From an uncultured Spirochaetota bacterium (GTDB lineage: Bacteria; Spirochaetota; Spirochaetia; SZUA-6; Fen-1364): a DNA stretch of 64,000 nucleotides. The stretch spans positions 320,001 to 384,000 of the forward strand of contig CAWAHW010000002.1 of NCBI GenBank assembly GCA_963781885.1. Direction: 5' to 3'. Made by a program: the position numbers and the translations under genes. This document shows positions 58,028-64,000 of the stretch, piece after piece. The notes under the pieces were generated by a model. It saw only the letters and a list, made by a program, of their open reading frames with translations. It was not told where the DNA came from and ran no database searches. The first letter of the stretch is position 1. The number at the start of each line of letters is the position of its first letter.

Positions 58028-59542
58028 CTATATGCCGGTGCCCACCGCTTGTGCCAGTTTCTCGACTCCTTCCCTGATGAGATCCTCGCTGAGCGCGGCG
58101 TATCCGAGGAGGAAAATCGGACGACGGGGCGGTCGGGAATAGCAGGGACCCGCCGGATAAACCGCGATTCCCCGCTGGGCCGCCGCGGCGCGCACCCGTC
58201 CCTCGATCTGCGCGGCAGACACACCGCGGCGCGCGGCGGTCAACGTCACCATCACGTGCATTCCGACGCTCGAGTCGGACACCTCAATGGAGTCTCCGAA
58301 GTGCATGTCGAGCGCTGCCCGCATCGCCTCGCGCCGCGCGGAGACCAGCCGGCGCATCCTCCGCAAGTGACGCTCGAAGTGACCCTCGTGCAGGAAATCC
58401 GTGAGCGCGAGCTGCTCGAGCGTCGGCGTCTGTCGGTCGGCGAGCCACTTGGTCCGCATGAACGGTTCCGCCAATTCAGGGGGAAGCACGACGTAGCCGA
58501 TCCTGAGGGGCGGAAAGAGGACGGTGGAAAACGTGCCGACATAGACAACCTTCCGGGAACGGTCGAGCCCCTGGAGGGATTCCACGAGGCGTCCGGGGGC
58601 GCGAAACTCGCTGTCGTAGTCGTCCTCCACGATGAGGACATTTCGCCGGGCCGCCCAACGCAGCAGGGCGAGGCGACGGGAAAGGGACAGCACCGCGCCC
58701 GTGGGAAACTGGTGCGACGGGGTCACGTAAAGCAGGCGGGGAGCCGCCCGGGCGCTCGTCATCTTCTCCAGGGCGCCCACGTCGATTCCATCCTCGTCGA
58801 CAGGGACGAAAAGCTTCCGCTGGCCCGGACCGGCAAGCACGCGCCGCGCATCCGGATACCCGGGATCCTCCAGGGCGACGGCATCGCCCGGCGTGAGGAA
58901 CGATCGCGCGATCAGATCGAGCGCCTGTTGCGACCCGTTGACGATGACGACCTGTTCGGGGCGCGCGGTGACTCCCCGGGAAATGCCGAGGTGGCGCGCG
59001 ATGGCATCTCGAAGGGGATAGTGTCCCCCGGGCTCGCCATACGTCCGCAGCTCGCCGGCCTTCGAGCGCAGCGCCCTGCCCAGAAGGCGCAGCCACAGTC
59101 CCTTGGGAAAGGCATCCCAGTCCGGGGTGCCCGGCCGCAGGTCGATGGGCAACGTCCCGACCCCTGCGCTTTCCGGTCCCGCCTGCCGCGGAAAGTGCCG
59201 CCCTCCGTCGGACTTTTCCTGCTTCTGCGACAAAGGTCTTCTTTTCCATTTCTCTTCGGAACCCCACAGCAGCTCGGCGAGGCCGTCCGCCACATAGCTT
59301 CCGTCTCCCACCCTGCCCCTGATGTAGCCTTCCGCAAGGAGATCCTCGTACGCCCGCGCGACCGTGTTTCGCGCAACCCCGAGACTGCGTGAAAGCTCGC
59401 GGGTCGCGGGAAGCCGATCGCCGGATCGGAGACGGCCGTCCCGGATGGCGTCGCGAATCTGTGCAAATACCTGCCGGTGCCAGGGACGGGAAGACCCCGT
59501 CGTCTTTTTTTCCAGCGTGATGATGAGGTCTTCCGCCCGCAT
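58028..59542 (-). CDS. pdxR: MocR/GabR-family regulator, divergent from pdxST
   Basis: GntR HTH (LPATRELS..VARNTV..AY) plus aminotransferase-like domain (YVTPSHQFPTG, IVEDDYDSEF). GTFST has Thr where the PLP Lys usually lies. Confidence 0.85.
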   Translation of the reverse strand: MRAEDLIITLEKKTTGSSRPWHRQVFAQIRDAIRDGRLRSGDRLPATRELSRSLGVARNTVARAYEDLLAEGYIRGRVGDGSYVADGLAELLWGSEEKWKRRPLSQKQEKSDGGRHFPRQAGPESAGVGTLPIDLRPGTPDWDAFPKGLWLRLLGRALRSKAGELRTYGEPGGHYPLRDAIARHLGISRGVTARPEQVVIVNGSQQALDLIARSFLTPGDAVALEDPGYPDARRVLAGPGQRKLFVPVDEDGIDVGALEKMTSARAAPRLLYVTPSHQFPTGAVLSLSRRLALLRWAARRNVLIVEDDYDSEFRAPGRLVESLQGLDRSRKVVYVGTFSTVLFPPLRIGYVVLPPELAEPFMRTKWLADRQTPTLEQLALTDFLHEGHFERHLRRMRRLVSARREAMRAALDMHFGDSIEVSDSSVGMHVMVTLTAARRGVSAAQIEGRVRAAAAQRGIAVYPAGPCYSRPPRRPIFLLGYAALSEDLIREGVEKLAQAVGTGI

Positions 59543-59653
59543 CGCCCGATCCCTCCTCCGGTTCCTCATGGAAAATGGCCCATTCGATCGGTAATAAATT
59601 GGCTCTTTTATAATACCATTTGATGCGTATCTTTGATACCGCGGAGGAAGACG

Positions 59654-60535
59654 ATGGAACAGTCGACGTGGCTCACAAAGAAGGGCCTGGCACAGATGCT
59701 GAAAGGCGGCGTCATCATGGACGTCGTTACGACGGAGCATGCCCGGATCGCTGAGGACGCGGGGGCCTGCGCGGTCATGGCGCTGGAGCGCGTTCCCGCC
59801 GATATCCGGGCGGCCGGCGGCGTGGCGCGGATGAGCGACCCGGAGCTGATCCTGCACATCATGGAGGCCGTATCCATCCCCGTCATGGCAAAGTGCCGCA
59901 TCGGTCACTTCGTCGAGGCGCAGGTGCTGGAGTCATTGGGAATCGATTACGTGGACGAGTCCGAGGTGCTCACCCCCGCCGACGATGAGCACCACATCGA
60001 CAAGCACGCCTTCCGTGTCCCGTTCGTCTGCGGATGCCGGGACCTCGGCGAGGCCCTGCGCAGGGTCGCGGAAGGGGCCGCCATGATCCGCACGAAGGGA
60101 GAAGCCGGCACGGGCAACGTGGTCGAGGCGGTGCGTCACATGCGCGCGGTGCAGGGCGCGATCCGCCGTCTTCATGGGGCGTCACACGAAGAGCTGGCCG
60201 CCGAGGCAAAGAAGCTGAGCGCGCCGTATGATCTTGTCGCGGAAGTCGCCCGCGAAGGGCGTCTTCCCGTCGTGAACTTTGCGGCGGGCGGGCTGGCCAC
60301 TCCGGCGGACGCCGCGCTTCTCATGCAGCTGGGCGCCGACGGCGTCTTCGTCGGATCGGGCATCTTCAAGTCGGAGGATCCCGCCCGCCGCGCGGCGGCG
60401 ATCGTGCAGGCGACAACTCATTTCAGGGATCCCGAGGTCATCGCCCGGGTCTCCCGCGGAATCGGCGGAGCCATGCCCGGGCTCGAGATATCCGCCATCT
60501 CCCCTGACATGCTTCTGGCTGCCCGCGGCAGGTGA
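59654..60535 (+). CDS. pdxS: PLP synthase lyase subunit
   Basis: [42 protein letters not shown]. Confidence 0.97.
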   Translation: MEQSTWLTKKGLAQMLKGGVIMDVVTTEHARIAEDAGACAVMALERVPADIRAAGGVARMSDPELILHIMEAVSIPVMAKCRIGHFVEAQVLESLGIDYVDESEVLTPADDEHHIDKHAFRVPFVCGCRDLGEALRRVAEGAAMIRTKGEAGTGNVVEAVRHMRAVQGAIRRLHGASHEELAAEAKKLSAPYDLVAEVAREGRLPVVNFAAGGLATPADAALLMQLGADGVFVGSGIFKSEDPARRAAAIVQATTHFRDPEVIARVSRGIGGAMPGLEISAISPDMLLAARGR

Positions 60536-60539
60536 GACG

Positions 60540-61194
60540 ATGAAAATCGGCATCCTTGCGCTCCAGGGTGACTTTGCCGAGCACGCGGCCATTCTTCGGG
60601 GTCTGAACGCCGATCGCTTCGAGTGCATCGACGTCGTGGAGATTCGCACGGCGCGGCAGCTGTCGGAGATCGACGGCCTCATCATCCCCGGCGGGGAGAG
60701 CACGACGATCGGCAAGCTCATGAAGGACTGCGGTCTGCTCGATCCGCTGCGCGAACGCATCACGGCGGGAATGCCGACGTTTGGGACGTGCGCCGGCGCC
60801 ATCGTGCTTGCCCGCGATATCGGCGGGCTGCGTCAGCCTCTTATCGGGACGATGGACCTCAGCATGCGGCGCAATGCCTTCGGCCGGCAGCTCCAGTCCT
60901 TTGAGGCCCTTCTCCCGATTCCGGTGCTGGGCGATCCCCCGATGCGGGCCGTCTTCATCCGCGCGCCTGCCATTGCCTCGGTGGGGGCTGGCGGAGAGGT
61001 GCTCGCCCGTCTCCCGGACGGGACCATCGTTGCGGCACGGCAGGGGCACATGCTTGTCGCCGCATTCCACCCGGAGCTCGACCGGGGACGACAGGCTGCA
61101 TCGCTACTTCATCGAGCTTATTCGCGGCTGTGCGCCGACGGCGGGGTGGACGTCGGCCCCCGACAAGACGCGGGGTGTTCGCGAAACGGCGTGA
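60540..61194 (+). CDS. pdxT: PLP synthase glutaminase subunit; one +1 indel near 61080
   Basis: GILALQG, PGGESTT, GTCAG, RNAFGRQ, FIRAP, FHPEL; canonical TGDDRLHRYF continues in the next frame. Confidence 0.92.
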
Positions 61195-61207
61195 CGGCGG
61201 AGCCGGC

Positions 61208-61981
61208 TTATTCGTTCAGGTACTTGTCGATGTCCGCCGCCGTCAATTCGCCCGACTTCTGGACCACGCCGCGCTTGTCGATGAGGAAGAGCGCGGGGAT
61301 GGCGTGGATGCGGTAGGCAGTCATCTGGGCGCTGGAGAAGTCGTAGTCGCCCTGCGCATCAGGCTCGCTCAACAGGATTGGAAAGCTCAGGCCGAGGGAT
61401 TGCGCGGCCTGGGCAGCGCGGTCGGCGTCTCCTTCGATATTGACGCCGAACACCTTCAGTCCGCGCGCCGCGTATTTCTTGTACAGGGCCTGCGTATCGG
61501 GCAGCGCGTGCATGCAGGGCTGGCACCAGCTTGCCCAGAAATCAAGGACGATGACCTTGCCGCGAAGATCGGACAGCCTGACCTTCTGTCCCGTGCCTCC
61601 CAGCACGCTCAAGGTGAAATCGGGGGCCGGCTCTTTTACGACTCCCCACTCGATGCTCTTGTCCGCGCTTACCGTGCACGTCCTGCCGCTGGGGAGGGAG
61701 AACGATCGATCGTACTCCTTTCCCTTCTCGAAGGTGATTTCAATCGTCACCTGCTCGGGGGTTTGCACGACCGTGTAGCCGTCCGAGTCCACCCAGACGG
61801 AGATTCCGCCATTCAGCTCGTAAAGCTTCCAGTCCCCGTCGATCTGCCGGGGATTCCTTTTCTCAATGGAAAAAACGGTATCCTTGTACCTGTCGACCAG
61901 GGCGCGGTCGGCTGCGGTGGGTCCGGCGGAAAGGAGAACGGGAGCAGCCAGCAAAAAAAGAGCGACAAGCGGGCTTTTCAT
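61208..61981 (-). CDS. Exported TlpA/ResA-like thiol-disulfide oxidoreductase with extra N-terminal domain
   Basis: Signal peptide; APDFTL, LDFWASWCQPC, IPALFLIDK. Confidence 0.88.
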   Translation of the reverse strand: MKSPLVALFLLAAPVLLSAGPTAADRALVDRYKDTVFSIEKRNPRQIDGDWKLYELNGGISVWVDSDGYTVVQTPEQVTIEITFEKGKEYDRSFSLPSGRTCTVSADKSIEWGVVKEPAPDFTLSVLGGTGQKVRLSDLRGKVIVLDFWASWCQPCMHALPDTQALYKKYAARGLKVFGVNIEGDADRAAQAAQSLGLSFPILLSEPDAQGDYDFSSAQMTAYRIHAIPALFLIDKRGVVQKSGELTAADIDKYLNE

Positions 61982-62022
61982 GACCCGATTATCGCTCCTC
62001 AATGACCGTTTCGCAAGCGTCG

Positions 62023-63030
62023 CTACCCCGACGAGCCGCGCGGTGCGGCCGTCGATTCGCGCACGATGAGGCGCGTCGGCAGCAGGATCTTCTGCGTGTA
62101 GTGCGCCCTTCCCGCGATGGAGTGAAAGAGCGTTTCCGCGGCGAGTCTCCCCATCAGCTCCTTGGGCACCTGCGCGGTGGTCAGGGGCGGCATCACCTCC
62201 GCGGAGAGTGAGATGTCGTCGAAGCCCACGATGCTCATGTCCGCGGGGATGGAGAGGCCGTGCTGCTTGATGGCGTCCATCGCGCCGATGGCCACCATGT
62301 CGTTGTAGGCGATCACTGCCGTGGGCCGCTTTGACGGCCGTCGGGCGAGGATGCGCTCCATCGCCTCGAAGCCGCCCGAGATCGATTCCGGGCACTCCTC
62401 CACCAGCTCGGGGTCCACGACGAACCCGCAGGCCGCCCGCGCAAGGTCGAACCCGTGCCGCCGCTCCTGGGAGGAGAGGCTGTCGATGGTCCCCGAGATG
62501 TAGGCGACCTTCTTGTGGCCCAGCTCCGCGAGGTGCTTCGCCGTCCTCATGATGCCGTCCACGTTGTCCACGAGGATCGCGTCGATGTCCTCCGTCGGCA
62601 CCGCGTAGTCGACAAGGATCACCGGCACCTTCTGCGCGCGCAGCCGCAGGAGGAAGTCGCGGTCGTAGGTGCCGACGATCACCACACCCGCCAGGTCGTT
62701 GAAGCGTATGGAAAGCCGGTTGAAGGGAAGCTCGCCTCGCGCGATGGCGCTGAACTGGAAGAAGTACTTCCGCGAGGCCACTTCCTTCTCCGCCGCGGAG
62801 ATGATGTTCGTATAGAAGAGGCTGGAGAGGTTGAACATCTCCTTGTCGATCAGGAACGCGACCGTCCGTCCGATCCTGCGCCGCGGCCGATAGCCCAGCT
62901 TCTCTGCGGTCTCCAGGATCGACCGGCGCACCTCTTCGGAGACTGCGTCCTCGGACCCCGAGATGACGCGGGACACCGTGGCAATGCTCACCCCGCGCGC
63001 CCCGGCAATCTCCTTCATCGTCACCGCCAT
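62023..63030 (-). CDS. LacI-family regulator
   Basis: TMKEIA..GVSIATVSRVI, LGYRP, SIVGFDD, PLTT. Confidence 0.93.
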   Translation of the reverse strand: MAVTMKEIAGARGVSIATVSRVISGSEDAVSEEVRRSILETAEKLGYRPRRRIGRTVAFLIDKEMFNLSSLFYTNIISAAEKEVASRKYFFQFSAIARGELPFNRLSIRFNDLAGVVIVGTYDRDFLLRLRAQKVPVILVDYAVPTEDIDAILVDNVDGIMRTAKHLAELGHKKVAYISGTIDSLSSQERRHGFDLARAACGFVVDPELVEECPESISGGFEAMERILARRPSKRPTAVIAYNDMVAIGAMDAIKQHGLSIPADMSIVGFDDISLSAEVMPPLTTAQVPKELMGRLAAETLFHSIAGRAHYTQKILLPTRLIVRESTAAPRGSSG

Positions 63031-63056
63031 ACGCCCAATCCTTCCTCGGGCCCGCC

Positions 63057-64000
63057 TCAGGGCTCGATCACGACCTTCAGCGCGAGCTGCTTCCGCAACA
63101 GGTCCAGACCCTTGTGGATGTCGGCAAGCGGCATGCGGTGGGTCACGACCACGTCCAGCGGCAGCTTCCCGCTTTCCAGAATCCGCGCCACCCGTGCGAA
63201 GCTGTGTCTCCCGATGAAACCACCGCGGATCGTCAGCTCCTTCTTGATGATGTCCTTCATCGGCACCTTCGGCTCGGCCAGCTCATCGTGGCCGAACTGG
63301 AGCACCGTGCCGGCAAAGCGCGCGAGATGCATCGCGGTGACCAGGAGCTGGCCGACCGCTTCCACGACGACGTCGGCGCCGTCACCCGTCTCTTCGCGCA
63401 CCACCGCGGCCAGGTCCTCCTTCGTGGGATCGACCACGCGCGTGGCCCCGCACAGGGTCGCCTTCTCGCGGCGGAATGCCGAAGGCTCGGAGACGATCAG
63501 GGGAGAGGCTCCGGCCGCCCGCAGGACGGCCGTGAAGAGGCACCCGATCGGCCCTGCGCCCAGCACCACGACGGAGTCACCCGGCTTCACACCGAGCTTG
63601 CCTACAGAGTGAAGCACACAGGCGAGGGGCTCTGCAAGCGCAGCAAGATGCGTCGGCACCCGCTTGCGCAGCTTGTACAGGCCGTAGAAGGGTACCACGA
63701 CGTGCGTGGCGAATCCACCGTCGGAGAAGATGCCGATCGTTCCCGGGTGTCCCGGCTCGCCCGACGCGGCGATCAGCGTCGTGCACTGGTCGGGAAAACC
63801 ATTGCGGCACTGCGCGCACTGGCCGCAGCCAGGGTGCGGGTCGACGATGACCTGGTCGCCGGGAGCGAACTCCTTTGCGGCGGCGCCCACTTCCACCACC
63901 TCGCCGGTGAACTCGTGCCCCTGGATGATGTTCAGGCGCGCGGGGTGGGCGGGGGGCACCTGGAGGATGTGGAGGTCCGTCCCGCAGATGCCGACGCCCT
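63057..64000 (-). CDS. Zn-dependent alcohol/polyol dehydrogenase (5' end outside the window)
   Basis: GICGTDLH at the window edge, GHEFTG, CGQCAQC..C, GAGPIG. Confidence 0.9.
   Translation of the reverse strand, partial: GVGICGTDLHILQVPPAHPARLNIIQGHEFTGEVVEVGAAAKEFAPGDQVIVDPHPGCGQCAQCRNGFPDQCTTLIAASGEPGHPGTIGIFSDGGFATHVVVPFYGLYKLRKRVPTHLAALAEPLACVLHSVGKLGVKPGDSVVVLGAGPIGCLFTAVLRAAGASPLIVSEPSAFRREKATLCGATRVVDPTKEDLAAVVREETGDGADVVVEAVGQLLVTAMHLARFAGTVLQFGHDELAEPKVPMKDIIKKELTIRGGFIGRHSFARVARILESGKLPLDVVVTHRMPLADIHKGLDLLRKQLALKVVIEP

Noticed and set aside
61070-61095. Programmed frameshift in pdxT and the other split genes
   Set aside because: No slippery heptamer seen; scattered indels of both signs fit sequencing error.

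Overview
GC-rich bacterial chromosome segment, most likely a free-living Spirochaetia member. This is inferred from a Treponema/Spirochaeta-type FlaB and spirochaete-style signal peptides. About 55 CDS; no rRNA, tRNA or CRISPR array seen. In order: uppP (partial), flaB with a long structured leader, aminopeptidase, an AT-richer segment (beta-barrel/transglutaminase/TPR protein, lipoprotein, OMP remnant), metY cluster, phnCDE-like ABC, fatty-acid desaturase, RRM protein, a tyrosine-recombinase-like protein lacking its catalytic Tyr, CDF transporter, GH5 and epimerase, yitJ-like and metE, an uncharacterised glycyl-radical-enzyme (GRE) operon, copA-csoR-YHS, a sigma54-driven sugar ABC/two-component/putative glycosidase operon, a LacI-domain histidine kinase pair, a second sugar ABC, ECF sigma with nitroreductase, TetR with a MacB-like ABC, pdxR-pdxST, a TlpA-like redoxin, LacI and a Zn dehydrogenase (partial). 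The best candidate for an undescribed system is the GRE + activase + tandem PNPOx-fold operon (26545-30934). Also notable: the flaB leader repeats, the apparently dead but expressed recombinase, a leader peptide, and several apparently leaderless genes. Nine single-base indels in six genes are probably assembly errors. All family calls come from motif recognition by eye; no database searches were run.
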